Shown piece after piece: positions 1 through 9,290 of a stretch of DNA of 32,000 nucleotides; the stretch's first letter is position 1; every line of letters begins with the position of its first letter. The notes beneath the pieces were generated by a model. It saw only the letters and a list, made by a program, of their open reading frames with translations, was not told the DNA's origin and searched no databases. This stretch comes from Sinimarinibacterium sp. CAU 1509 (GTDB lineage Bacteria; Pseudomonadota; Gammaproteobacteria; Nevskiales; Nevskiaceae). Position numbers and translations under genes: made by a program. Where the stretch lies: contig NZ_SUKF01000001.1 in NCBI RefSeq assembly GCF_005047655.1, forward strand, positions 119,394 to 151,393, given 5' to 3'.

Positions 1-774
1 TTCCGCACTCCACACCAGACGGGACATGGCCAGGCGCGCGGCAGAGCGGTAGCCGGAATCGAGGTCGGGGTCGTTCAGCAGCGTCAGGGCGACAGTCGAC
101 TCGAATGCCTCGGGTAGTGCAGCCAGCAGCGTGAGTCCGGCAGGTGTTGCCGGGGCCCGCAGGACGTCGCGTGCCAGTGATGTGTCGCCCAGGCGCAGCG
201 CCAATGCGCTGCGAACGCCGGGATCGGCAGAGTCGGCGCTGCGCAGCAGCAGCAGCTCCGCATCGCTCGCGACAGCGATCTGCTCGCGCCAGGCCGCTGC
301 GTCGTCGATTGCACGCAGGGCCTCAAGATCACCCCGACGCAACGCGCTGACGAGTGCGGCGCGGTGCGCGGCCTTGTCCCAGCGGCGCAGGGTCCCCCGT
401 GCGGTTGCGGCAATCTCGAATGCAGGCACGGTCAGCCCGCCGCGCGCGCGTTCGTCGTCCAGCGCATCGGTATAGGTCTGCGGTGAATAATCCGTCAGTG
501 CTTCGACCTGCATACGGGTCGCAGCTTGCGGGGCAATGGCTTCGCGCAATCGCAGCAGGGTCTGCTGCAGTTCGGCTTCTGCCGGTAACGGGTCGCTGAC
601 TGCGGAGAGCCGTGCGGCATCCAGGCGTGCCGCCAGCGTGCTTTCGTCGGGTGCTGATTTTGCGGTAACGGCTGCAATGCGTACCGCTTCGTCCAGCGCG
701 CTGCGCGGAACGTAGCCCGCGCATGCGCCGCCGCTCCAAATAAATGCGATGCAGGCGGCGGCGCAGAGGCGCAC
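1..774 (-). CDS. Hypothetical protein; the C-terminal part lies beyond the left window edge. Possible lipoprotein, Ala/Leu/Arg-rich.
   Basis: Absent from the supplied ORF track because it runs off the left edge. The minus-strand frame with codons at 1-3, 4-6... has no stop between 834 and 1 and shows GC-rich third positions. A candidate GTG start at 774-772 lies 2 nt after the pdxH stop. The N-terminus VRLCAAACIAFIWSGGAC looks like a signal peptide with a lipobox-like end. No family recognised. Confidence 0.4.
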   Translation of the reverse strand, partial: MRLCAAACIAFIWSGGACAGYVPRSALDEAVRIAAVTAKSAPDESTLAARLDAARLSAVSDPLPAEAELQQTLLRLREAIAPQAATRMQVEALTDYSPQTYTDALDDERARGGLTVPAFEIAATARGTLRRWDKAAHRAALVSALRRGDLEALRAIDDAAAWREQIAVASDAELLLLRSADSADPGVRSALALRLGDTSLARDVLRAPATPAGLTLLAALPEAFESTVALTLLNDPDLDSGYRSAARLAMSRLVWSAE

Positions 775-776
775 GT

Positions 777-1394
777 TCAGGGCTCGAGGCGCTCGATAAT
801 CCAGCCGGCGCCGTCGCGCCGATAGCGCAGACGGTCATGCAGCCGCCCCAGGCGACCCTGCCAGAATTCGATGTTCAGCGGTTCGACGCGGTAGCCGCCC
901 CAGTAATCCGGGAACGGCACGGTGGCGCCGCCGAGCGCGGCCTCCTGCGCGTCGTAGCGGCGATCCAGCGCTTCGCGCGACTCGACCACCTGGCTCTGGT
1001 GCGAGGTGATCGCGCCGATCTGCGATTCGCGCGGGCGCTGGTAGAAGTACTCGCGCGACAGCTCGGGGGAGACCCGGGAGACCGTGCCTTCAATACGGAT
1101 CTGGCGCTCCAGCTGTTCCCAGAAGAACACCAGCGCGACGTTGGGATTGGCCGCCAGTGCCTCGCCCTTGCGGCTGAGGTAGTTGGTGTAGAAGGTCAGG
1201 CCGCCGTCGACGATGCCCTTGAACAGCACGATGCGTGCGGAGGGACGACCGTCGGCATCGATCGTTGCCAGGGTCATCGCGGTACTGTGGTCACTGACTT
1301 CAGCCGCGGCAGCGAGCCAGCGCTCCAGTTGTTCGATCGGGTCGGCCGACAGATCGGCTTCGAGCAGCGGCGGGTTACGGGTGTATTGGGTCAT
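777..1394 (-). CDS. pdxH: Pyridoxamine 5'-phosphate oxidase
   Basis: The translation from the internal ATG at 1394 (MTQYTRNPPLLEADLSADPIEQLERW...) gives 205 aa. Its PdxH-typical C-terminus is ...PDYWGGYRVEPLNIEFWQGRLGRLHDRLRYRR. The longer 256-aa track ORF adds an implausible Pro/Ala/Arg-rich extension. Confidence 0.9.
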   Translation of the reverse strand: MTQYTRNPPLLEADLSADPIEQLERWLAAAAEVSDHSTAMTLATIDADGRPSARIVLFKGIVDGGLTFYTNYLSRKGEALAANPNVALVFFWEQLERQIRIEGTVSRVSPELSREYFYQRPRESQIGAITSHQSQVVESREALDRRYDAQEAALGGATVPFPDYWGGYRVEPLNIEFWQGRLGRLHDRLRYRRDGAGWIIERLEP

Positions 1395-1533
1395 CTCGGG
1401 TCTGGCACACTCAGCGGCAAATCGGGACGCCGGCCGCGGGACGGGGCCGGGACGTTCGAGAATTGTCGCGCCAATCCGGCTCGCTGTCGAAGCCGGCGCC
1501 GGCGTTCGAATCCACTCAACCGGAATGCTTGCC

Positions 1534-2532
1534 ATGCCCAGCTTCAAAGCCCTGCGTGTTCATTCACTCGACAAGACCACGACTGCAAAATTCGAGACGC
1601 TGACGGTCGACGACCTGTCATCCGGCAACGTGGTGGTGCGCGTGGTCTGGTCGGATATCAATTACAAGGACGCATTGGCGGTGACCGGCAAGGGCCGCAT
1701 TCTCAAGGGCTACCCCAAGGTGCCCGGCATCGACCTGGCTGGCGTCGTCGAGTCCAGCGCCGACGCACGTTACGCGCCGGGCGATCGCGTGCTGGTTACC
1801 GGCTGCAATATTGGCGAGGCGCTGGATGGTGGCTACGCCGAGAAAGCACGCGTGCCGGCCAGCATTCTGGTGCCGCTGCCGGAGGGACTCAGCTTGCGCG
1901 AGTCAATGGTTCTGGGGACGGCAGGATTTACCGCCGCCATGGCGTTGCGCCGCATGCTGGAGAACCATCAGGCCCCGGAGATGGGGCCGATTGCGGTCAC
2001 CGGCCCGACAGGCGGCGTCGGTTCGGTCGCGATCGAACTGTTCAAGCGCGCCGGCTTTACCGTGCATGCAATCACCGGCAAGGCCGGCGCCGCTGATGCC
2101 TATCTGAAATCGCTGGGCGCCGACGAGGTCGTGTCGAGGCAGTCGCTGAATCTGGGCACGCGGCCATTGGAATCGGCGCTGTGGGGCGGTGCGGTCGACA
2201 ATCTGGGCGGCGAAACCCTGGCGTGGCTGACCCGCACTACGCGGCCTTGGGGCAACATCGCCAGCATCGGGCTGGCACAGTCGCACGAGCTGAACACCAC
2301 GGTGATGCCGTTCATTCTGCGCGGCGTATCGGTGCTGGGTATCCATTCAGTCGAGTGTCCGCGCCGCTGGCGCGAGGAAATCTGGCGGCATCTGGCGACC
2401 GATCTGAAGCCTGCCTCGTTCGAGCGTCTGGTGGCGCGTGAGGTCAGCCTCGATCAGGTGCCGGCCGCATGTGAGGATCTGATTGCCGGGACGGTCACCG
2501 GGCGCACGCTGGTCCGCGTGTCGGACGAGTAA
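1534..2532 (+). CDS. acuI: YhdH/AcuI-type MDR NADPH-dependent oxidoreductase (acrylyl-CoA reductase / quinone oxidoreductase family)
   Basis: MPSFKALRVH...VVWSDINYKDALAVTGKGRILKGYPKVPGIDLAGVV...TGPTGGVGSVAIEL...GRTLVRV closely parallels E. coli YhdH as I remember it. Start chosen at ATG 1534 (alternative ATG 1525). The track ORF starting at 1213 overlaps pdxH on the opposite strand and is rejected. Confidence 0.85.
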   Translation: MPSFKALRVHSLDKTTTAKFETLTVDDLSSGNVVVRVVWSDINYKDALAVTGKGRILKGYPKVPGIDLAGVVESSADARYAPGDRVLVTGCNIGEALDGGYAEKARVPASILVPLPEGLSLRESMVLGTAGFTAAMALRRMLENHQAPEMGPIAVTGPTGGVGSVAIELFKRAGFTVHAITGKAGAADAYLKSLGADEVVSRQSLNLGTRPLESALWGGAVDNLGGETLAWLTRTTRPWGNIASIGLAQSHELNTTVMPFILRGVSVLGIHSVECPRRWREEIWRHLATDLKPASFERLVAREVSLDQVPAACEDLIAGTVTGRTLVRVSDE

Positions 2533-2680
2533 ATGCGGCGCGCCGCGGCGGGTGCCGTGGGTTTCCAGGCACACGGCGGATCGGTTCCGCTCGTCGGGAG
2601 CGTTCGCCGCCGGGTTTAGATCCGGCCGAGTCTGCCGCTATCGACCCTTATCGGGGTTGGTTTCGCGGCAGGGATTCGGC

Positions 2681-5050
2681 ATGGGCAAGATGATCGGCCG
2701 GTTTGAAGTGATGCGGCCGCTGGGCCGCGGCGCTCACGGCGCCGTCTTCCTTGCGCGCGATCCCCAGGTCGATCGCGTGGTGGCCATCAAGCTGATGCAG
2801 GATCGTGGCGACGGCGCCCCGGCGCAGGATCGCGTGCTGCAGGAGGCCCGCGCCGCCGGACAGTTGCGACATTCCGGCATCGTCACGGTTTTCGACGTTG
2901 GCGAGCACCAGCGACTGCCATACATCGTCTGCGAGTTCATCGAAGCGCGGACCCTGGCGCAGGTGCTGTCCGAGGACGGTGCACTGCCGGCGGAACGCGC
3001 AGTGCCGATGATGATCAGCCTGCTCGACGCGCTTCAGCATGCGCACACGATGGGCGTGGTGCACCGTGACCTGAAGCCGGCCAATATCCTGATCGACGCG
3101 CAGGACCAGCCGCGCATCACCGACTTCGGTATTGCCGTGCGCTGCGCCGCCGAAAGCAGCCAGGGCGGGGCTCTGGTCGGCACGCCCCGGTACATGGCCC
3201 CGGAGTACATCACCGAAGGCGTGGTTGGTCCGCAGAACGACGTATTTGCGGCCGGACTGGTGTTGTACGAGATGCTGTTCGGTGTCCCTGCGTACTCCGG
3301 CGACAATATTTTTCAGGTGCTGCACCGCATCGCCAATCAGCCGATCGTCCTGCCGGCTGATGCCGCTGCTCGAATCGACGAGCCGCTGCTTGATGCACTG
3401 ATCAAGGCGACAGCGCGGGAGCCCGAACTGCGCTTTGCCTCGGCCGCACAGATGGGCGAAGCGCTCAAGGTCTACGCTGCGGGGCGCAGCGGCACGGCCA
3501 ACGGCGCCGGGTCGGCACAGAGCACGCTGGATTTTCTGCTGCGGCGCATGAGTCACAAGAGTGACTTTCCGGCGATGTCGGCGTCGATCCGGTCGATCAA
3601 CCGGCTGGCCATCTCGGATCAGTCCAGTGCGGCCGTGCTGGCAAACGAGATCCTCAAGGACTTTGCGCTCACCAACAAGATCCTGCGTCTGGCCAACTCG
3701 GCGTTCTACCGTCACTCCGACGGCGGGCGCGTGCGCACGGTATCGCGCGCGATCGTGATCCTGGGGTTTGACTTGACGCGGGATCTGGCGATCTCGCTGG
3801 TGCTGTTCGAGCACATCCGTGACCAGCGGCATGCCGCCCTTCTGAAGGACGAGTTCCTGCGTGCGACATTCGGCGGGCTGCTGGCGCGTGAGCTGGCGTC
3901 GCAGACCGGAGACCCGCAGCAGGAAGAGATCTTTGTCTGCGCGATGTTCCGCAACCTGGGGCGGCTGCTGTCGTGCTACTACTTTCGCGACGAAGCCGAG
4001 ATGGTGGCGCGTATCGTTGCGATGGAACATTGCGACGAGGACATGGCGGCGCAGCGAGTCCTCGGAGTCAGCTATCGCGAACTCGGCATCGGCGTCGCCC
4101 GCAGCTGGGGCTTCCCGGGCAGCATTCTCGACAGCATGACGGCGATTCCTGCCGGCCGGGTTTCGTCGCCCCGCTCGCGCGGTGACCATCTGAGGCTGTA
4201 CAGCGCCTGTGCGAACGCGTTGGTGGAAGCCTCGGAACGCTCTGGCGGCACTGCTCAGCCGGCCGATATGGCAGCCATTCTGAAGACCTTTGGCGAGGCG
4301 CTGGGCCTCAACGGCAAGCAGGCGGCGACTGCGCTGGACGCGTCGGTCAATGGGCTCAAGGAACTGGTCCAGGCGCTTGGGCTGCAGCGCGACAGCTCGG
4401 CGTTTCTGCGCGCCGTGACCCCCGGTGCGGAAGTCCCCTCGGCGCCGGATGCGCAGGCTCAGGCTGCTGGCGGGGTTGCACCGCTGCCGCCGGAAACCGA
4501 AGCCGGCGACGCGGCGCGCGATACCGATGCGGTCAACATTGGCGCAATCCTGCAGGGCGGGATCCAGGACATCGGCCAGGCGCTGATCGATGACACACCG
4601 CCTGCCGACGTGCTGCGGATCATTGCCGAAATTGTCTATCGCGCGCTGTCGGTACAGCGGGTGCTGCTGTGCGTGCGCAATGCGGCCGGCGACAGTCTGG
4701 TTGCGCGACATGGTTTTGGTACCCAGGTCGATCAGTTGATGTCGACGTTCAGGGTTCCGCTCGGTGGGGGTGACATCTTCGATCGCATCGTGGCCGGGAA
4801 TCTCGACGTACTGGTCTCGGACGCTGCCGTCGAAAAAATCCGCAAGCACCTGCCGGATTGGCATCGCGAACGTTTTGGCGCCGCCAGTTTCCTGCTGCTG
4901 CCGATGCGGGTGGGGCAGCGCGCGGTGGGCCTGATCTATGCCGATGTCGAGCGTGCCAACAGTCTGAGCATCAGCCCTGAACATTTATCGCTGCTGCGAA
5001 CGCTGCGCGACCAGGCGCGGCTGGCCGTCAAGCAATCGCTGCCGCGTTAA
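2681..5050 (+). CDS. Cytoplasmic Hanks-type Ser/Thr protein kinase fused to an HDOD domain and a C-terminal GAF-like domain
   Basis: Kinase motifs are GRGAHGAVFLA, VAIKLM, HRDLKPANILI, DFGIA and YMAPEY (nt about 2690-3490). The HDOD-like block is LDFLLRRMSHKSDFPAMSASIRSINRL...ILKDFALTNKILRLANSAFY (about 3527-4150). The GAF-like C-terminus is LRIIAEIVYRALSVQRVLLCV...FLLLPMRVGQRAVGLIYAD (about 4540-5040). Start set at ATG 2681 (MGKMIGRFEV). No TM segment seen. Confidence 0.85.
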   Translation: MGKMIGRFEVMRPLGRGAHGAVFLARDPQVDRVVAIKLMQDRGDGAPAQDRVLQEARAAGQLRHSGIVTVFDVGEHQRLPYIVCEFIEARTLAQVLSEDGALPAERAVPMMISLLDALQHAHTMGVVHRDLKPANILIDAQDQPRITDFGIAVRCAAESSQGGALVGTPRYMAPEYITEGVVGPQNDVFAAGLVLYEMLFGVPAYSGDNIFQVLHRIANQPIVLPADAAARIDEPLLDALIKATAREPELRFASAAQMGEALKVYAAGRSGTANGAGSAQSTLDFLLRRMSHKSDFPAMSASIRSINRLAISDQSSAAVLANEILKDFALTNKILRLANSAFYRHSDGGRVRTVSRAIVILGFDLTRDLAISLVLFEHIRDQRHAALLKDEFLRATFGGLLARELASQTGDPQQEEIFVCAMFRNLGRLLSCYYFRDEAEMVARIVAMEHCDEDMAAQRVLGVSYRELGIGVARSWGFPGSILDSMTAIPAGRVSSPRSRGDHLRLYSACANALVEASERSGGTAQPADMAAILKTFGEALGLNGKQAATALDASVNGLKELVQALGLQRDSSAFLRAVTPGAEVPSAPDAQAQAAGGVAPLPPETEAGDAARDTDAVNIGAILQGGIQDIGQALIDDTPPADVLRIIAEIVYRALSVQRVLLCVRNAAGDSLVARHGFGTQVDQLMSTFRVPLGGGDIFDRIVAGNLDVLVSDAAVEKIRKHLPDWHRERFGAASFLLLPMRVGQRAVGLIYADVERANSLSISPEHLSLLRTLRDQARLAVKQSLPR

Positions 5051-5862
5051 CGCTGCAGCCGGCGGACCTGATCCAGCAGTTCCGGCAGGCTGCAGACGAC
5101 CAGATCGGGTTGCTCCGGATGACGCGGGGTGCCGGGGAAAATCTTGTCGATCCAGGCTTGATCCCAACCGGCCCCGTTGTAAAACACCGCAGTGACGCCG
5201 GCGCGCTTGGCTGCAATCACGTCGGTAGTACTGTCGCCGACGAACCAGCAGGCGGCGTCAGCGGGCAGCGCGAGTTCTGTCAGCGCCCTGTGGATCTGGT
5301 CGGGCTGGGGTTTGCGCCGGGCGCCGTCGTCGCCACAGACAATGGTGGCAAACAGCTCATGCCAGCCGCTGCCATCGATGGTGTAGACCTCGTGTGCCAT
5401 GAACTGACGCCGTCGGTTGGTCAGAACCCCGAGCGGGATGCCCATCTCCCGCAAGGCGAGCAGCTGAGTGCGTGCCTGCGGTTCCATCGGGTGCACGATG
5501 CCGAAATGACGCGCGTAGCTGTCGTCAAACGCGCGATGAGCGATTGACTTGGCGGCCTGGTTGTTGCCGAACAGGACTTCGAAGATGTCGGTGCGGGAGA
5601 CCTTGCGCTCGGCGCGAATGCGCGGATGCAGGTGGCCTGTTTCTCGAACATAGTTGACCAGTTTTTCATCTTCCGGCGTCTTCGACTGCCCCGGCGCCAC
5701 CAGCTGGTCGAGCAGATCGAGCGTTTTCAGCTTCGGCAGCACCTCATCGAGCGCGTGATACATCGCGTCGAAGGTATTGGCCAATGTGGCGTGCCAGTCA
5801 AACAGGATTGCGTGTGGGCAGACCAGACGAGGTCGAGAGGTGCTGACAAGCTCCTTGGGCAT
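5047..5862 (-). CDS. HAD-superfamily hydrolase (phosphatase-like) with an atypical motif I
   Basis: Motif I is AILFDWHATL (D-x-H-x-T). Motif II is PLGVLTNR. The Lys motif is RRKPQPD. Motif IV is FVGDSTTDVIAAKRAG. The 3' end overlaps the convergent kinase gene by 4 nt. Confidence 0.8.
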   Translation of the reverse strand: MPKELVSTSRPRLVCPHAILFDWHATLANTFDAMYHALDEVLPKLKTLDLLDQLVAPGQSKTPEDEKLVNYVRETGHLHPRIRAERKVSRTDIFEVLFGNNQAAKSIAHRAFDDSYARHFGIVHPMEPQARTQLLALREMGIPLGVLTNRRRQFMAHEVYTIDGSGWHELFATIVCGDDGARRKPQPDQIHRALTELALPADAACWFVGDSTTDVIAAKRAGVTAVFYNGAGWDQAWIDKIFPGTPRHPEQPDLVVCSLPELLDQVRRLQR

Positions 5863-5975
5863 GGAGCGACGCTATCCGGTGGCATGCGGCAGCGCAAGCG
5901 CGGACTTATGCTGCATCCCTTTCGGCATGAGGCATGCGGCTAGTCCGAGCGGGGGAGGCGACAGCACCCCCCGTT

Positions 5976-5992
5976 TGCGAATCTAGTTCGCA
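5976..5992. promoter_or_regulatory. 17-bp palindrome TGCGAA-TCTAG-TTCGCA, a candidate TetR operator upstream of the 6023 TetR gene
   Basis: Perfect 6-bp inverted arms read directly from the sequence. It lies about 30 nt upstream of the TetR start, in the divergent HAD/TetR intergenic region. Confidence 0.3.
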
Positions 5993-6022
5993 TAACAAGG
6001 TTCGGAGGCTCAGAGCTGACCG

Positions 6023-6769
6023 ATGGCGGCGGATGACGCGCAAGCAGCGGTATTGCACCGCGACATGGAGGTGGCTGGCCCCAGGGTCGGACGCCCGCCG
6101 CGTGTCAGTGCCCAGGCCATCATCGAGGCGGCCATCGAATTGGGTCTGGATCGGGTCACGCTGAAGCAGGTGGCGGACCATCTCGGCGTTGGCGTCGCCA
6201 CGCTGTACCGGCATGTGCGCAGTCGCGACGAGTTGTTGCGGATGGCGGCGTTTCGCGTGGTGCTGTCGCGGCGAATGCCGCGCTCGCAACCTGGCCGCGC
6301 GGTGCACTGGGCCGAAGTTGCCCTCGGCTTTGCCGCGAGTCTGTACGAGACCTTTGCCGGCGAGCCGCAGCTGATCCACGAAATGGCGCGTGGGCGCATC
6401 GGCCCGGACGCTGAAGTGGATTTCCTCGAACAGTTCCTGGCCGAGCTCAAGCAGCATGGTTTCAGTGCGCGTGAAAGTATCCGCCTGCATCATGCGCTCG
6501 CGATGATGGCGATTGGTGCCGCTGCTGGAGCCTTGTCGCTGAGTGGCGCCGCTGCTGCCGGGCAGCCGCACGACGCTGCGATGCGTCGGGTGCTGGCTGA
6601 GCGTGATGCCGACGAACTGCCGGAAGTGCGTGGCGCAGCCGCGGAATTTCTCAATATCAATCCGGCGCACTGGTTGCTGGCGCTGCGCGATCTGCTGGCC
6701 GGCTTCGCCCAGGCACGTGGAGAGACGCTGCCGGAACAGTTGTTCGGTACGGCACTTTCAGATCCCTGA
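6023..6769 (+). CDS. TetR/AcrR-family transcriptional regulator
   Basis: N-terminal HTH: GRPPRVSAQAIIEAAIELGLDRVTLKQVADHLGVGVATLYRHVRSRDELL. The start is uncertain (ATG 6023 or a downstream Met). Confidence 0.85.
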   Translation: MAADDAQAAVLHRDMEVAGPRVGRPPRVSAQAIIEAAIELGLDRVTLKQVADHLGVGVATLYRHVRSRDELLRMAAFRVVLSRRMPRSQPGRAVHWAEVALGFAASLYETFAGEPQLIHEMARGRIGPDAEVDFLEQFLAELKQHGFSARESIRLHHALAMMAIGAAAGALSLSGAAAAGQPHDAAMRRVLAERDADELPEVRGAAAEFLNINPAHWLLALRDLLAGFAQARGETLPEQLFGTALSDP

Positions 6770-6972
6770 GCGGGTTTGGCGCATGCCGCGTGGTTGCTGC
6801 AGCACCTGTGCGGTATCGGCTTACTCGTTTCGGACGAGGCGGGGCGACAGTAGCCCACTACCATGGGCATGCCCGGGGCGTGCATTTGCCGCCGCCACCG
6901 GGATGCAGTGTTGAATTGTGGCGCAACCAAGATTCGGGGCGCGTGACGTTCCGGTGTGAGGAGGAGACGGTA

Positions 6973-8343
6973 ATGAGGCTCAACAAGGCTTTAGCGGTAT
7001 GTGCGTTGATAGGCGGATTCGGTCTGCCGATCCATCAGGCCGCAGCCAAGGCCACCGCGGAGGAGATCGCGAAGCTCGACGGCGACAATCTCACCTGCAT
7101 GGGTGCCGAGCGTGCCGGCAGCCCGGACGGCGTGGCCGAATACACCGGTAAATATCTCGGCAAGTGGCCGGGCATGACCAAGCCCTATGGCTACGAGCCG
7201 GGCCCGTATGCTGCGGAGAAACCCCTGTTCACGATTACCGCGCAGAACATGGCGCAGTACGAGGACAAGCTGACCGAAGGCCAGAAGGCCTTGCTGAAGG
7301 CGTATCCCGACTCCTACAAGATGAATGTGTATCCCAGCCATCGCGATTTCCGCTTCCAGGACTGGGTCTGCGACACCGTCAAGAAGAACGCGGCCGAAGC
7401 CGAGTTGGTGCATGACGGTCTGGGCATCAGCGGCACCAGCGGTGCGATTCCGTTCCCGTTCGCCAAGAACGGCAGCGAGGCGATCTGGAATATCATCAAT
7501 CCGCACCGCGCCTGGACCGAACAGGCGGTCTGCGACATCGCCGATGTCTATGCCAACGGCAGCATCGCCTGGGGTCGCAACAAGTTCATGACCCTGAACC
7601 CCGGCAACGATCCGAAGAAGCGCGCCTCGTTCCAGGACAAGATCAACGCCTACTTCTACACCGGCTACCTGCTGCCCGAGCGTGACAAGGGCTTCGTCGC
7701 CGTCGGTTATCAGCCGAACGACTTCAGCAATGACGCCACGCAGTCGTGGCAGTACCAGCCGGGCATCCGTCGCGTGCGTCAGGCGCCGGAAGTCTGCTGT
7801 GACTACCCGGTGCCGCCGGCCGGTCTGCGCACGGTCGATGACGACTATGTCTTCAACGGCTCGCCGGAACGCTACACCTGGAAGCTGGTCGGCAAGAAAG
7901 AGATTTACGTGCCGTATCACAACTTCAAGATCAATGATCCGTCGCTGAAGTACGACCAGATCATCAAGCCGAACACGATCAATCCGGAATACGAGCGCTA
8001 CGAGCTGCATCGCGTCTGGATCGTCGAAGGCTATCTGAAGGACGGCATGCGCCATATCTACAGCAAGCGCCGTCTGTACGCGGACGAAGACAGCTGGATC
8101 GCGCTGTGGGCCGACAACTACGACGGTCGTGGCCAGCTTTGGCGCGTCGCGTTCGTGAACTACTTCTACTCGCAGGAATCGATGGCATTCCATCGCGGCA
8201 CTTCGGTTTATCACGACCTCACCGCGAAGGCCTACGAGGCAGGGTACATGGTCAATGAGCGTGGCAAGGATTGGTGGCGCATCAACCAGCCGCTGACGCC
8301 GGCGCAGTTCAGCCCGGAAGCGGCGGCACGCGGCGGGCACTGA
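6973..8343 (+). CDS. DUF1329-family periplasmic protein (LolA-like fold family), copy 1
   Basis: The signal peptide is MRLNKALAVCALIGGFGLPIHQAAA. Family blocks are EEIAKLDGDNLTCMGAERAGSPDG, KPLFTITAQNMAQYEDKLTEGQKALLKAYPDSYKMNVYPS, IRRVRQAPEVCCD and YELHRVWIVEG. The SD GAGGAGA lies before ATG 6973. Confidence 0.85.
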   Translation: MRLNKALAVCALIGGFGLPIHQAAAKATAEEIAKLDGDNLTCMGAERAGSPDGVAEYTGKYLGKWPGMTKPYGYEPGPYAAEKPLFTITAQNMAQYEDKLTEGQKALLKAYPDSYKMNVYPSHRDFRFQDWVCDTVKKNAAEAELVHDGLGISGTSGAIPFPFAKNGSEAIWNIINPHRAWTEQAVCDIADVYANGSIAWGRNKFMTLNPGNDPKKRASFQDKINAYFYTGYLLPERDKGFVAVGYQPNDFSNDATQSWQYQPGIRRVRQAPEVCCDYPVPPAGLRTVDDDYVFNGSPERYTWKLVGKKEIYVPYHNFKINDPSLKYDQIIKPNTINPEYERYELHRVWIVEGYLKDGMRHIYSKRRLYADEDSWIALWADNYDGRGQLWRVAFVNYFYSQESMAFHRGTSVYHDLTAKAYEAGYMVNERGKDWWRINQPLTPAQFSPEAAARGGH

Positions 8344-8413
8344 GCCGGGCGCGACGCTGAGCAATCTGACGGGGCGGGCATTGCCCGCCCCATTTTCTTT
8401 GAGTGAGGTTGGG

Positions 8414-9280
8414 ATGAAAAACGCATTTATCACTGGCGCCAACGTCGGGCAGGCCAATCTGCTGGTCAAGGCACTGGCACAGCGCGGCTGGCGCGTGTTT
8501 GCAGGCGTGCTGCCGGGTGCGCCGACGGACCTGAAGACTGACGGCAACATCACCGTGGTCGACCAGGACGTGTCCGACAGCGACTCTGTGGCGCAGAGCG
8601 CGGCAACGGTGACGGCGGCACTCAACGGCGAAGGTCTGGATCTGCTGATGAACGTCGCGGGCGTTGCCAATATTGGTACCGGGGTACTGGAGGCGGCTAA
8701 ATTCGAGGACGTCCAGCGCCTGTTCAACATCAATCTGTTCGGACAGTTGCGCGTGATCCAGGCGTTTCTGCCGTTGGTGCGCAAGAACGCGCCGGGCTCG
8801 CGCATTGCCAACTACAGTTCGGGTGCGATCCTGGCCAACCCGGTGGGCGCCGGCGCCTACAACATGACCAAACATGCGATTCACGGCATGACGCTGACCC
8901 TGCGGCATGAACTCGCGCCGTTCGGAATCCAAGTCACCTCGATCATTCCCGGCGGCGTATTGACCGCGATGTCGGCGAATTCCCACGCCAACACCAAGAA
9001 GACCTGGAACGAACAGCCTGAGGCAGTGCGCAAGGTTTACGAGCCGTATCTGGGGCCGGTGATGATGCAGGTACTGCCGGACATGCTGGAAAAGAGTGGC
9101 AGCACGCCGGAACAGGCGCTCGAGGGCACCTTGGCGATTCTCGACAAGAAGAAGTGGAAGCCAATGGAATACCTGGGCAAGGACGTCAAGCCGATGGGCG
9201 TGATGCGCCGACTGCTGTCGGACAGCCAGCTTGAATCGATGATGCGCATGACATTCAAGATTCCCGCGTACAAGGCCTGA
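8414..9280 (+). CDS. Short-chain dehydrogenase/reductase (SDR) family oxidoreductase
   Basis: The N-terminal nucleotide-binding motif is MKNAFITGANVGQANLL. The catalytic motif is YNMTKHA (YxxxK). NVAG and PGGV segments are also present. Start at ATG 8414. Confidence 0.85.
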   Translation: MKNAFITGANVGQANLLVKALAQRGWRVFAGVLPGAPTDLKTDGNITVVDQDVSDSDSVAQSAATVTAALNGEGLDLLMNVAGVANIGTGVLEAAKFEDVQRLFNINLFGQLRVIQAFLPLVRKNAPGSRIANYSSGAILANPVGAGAYNMTKHAIHGMTLTLRHELAPFGIQVTSIIPGGVLTAMSANSHANTKKTWNEQPEAVRKVYEPYLGPVMMQVLPDMLEKSGSTPEQALEGTLAILDKKKWKPMEYLGKDVKPMGVMRRLLSDSQLESMMRMTFKIPAYKA

Positions 9281-9290
9281 GGACGATCCC

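Noticed and set aside
2648-4984. A 778-aa minus-strand ORF antisense to the kinase gene. Similar long antisense or out-of-frame ORFs occur at 744-2096(+), 6991-8811(-), 8309-9610(-), 17994-18962(-), 20060-21181(-), 26650-28341(-), 28660-29850(-) and 30876-31643(-).
   Set aside because: These are typical shadow ORFs of high-GC DNA. Their translations are Arg/Ala/Gly/Pro-rich and low in complexity, with no recognisable motifs. Each fully overlaps a gene with clear family signatures on the other strand or in another frame.
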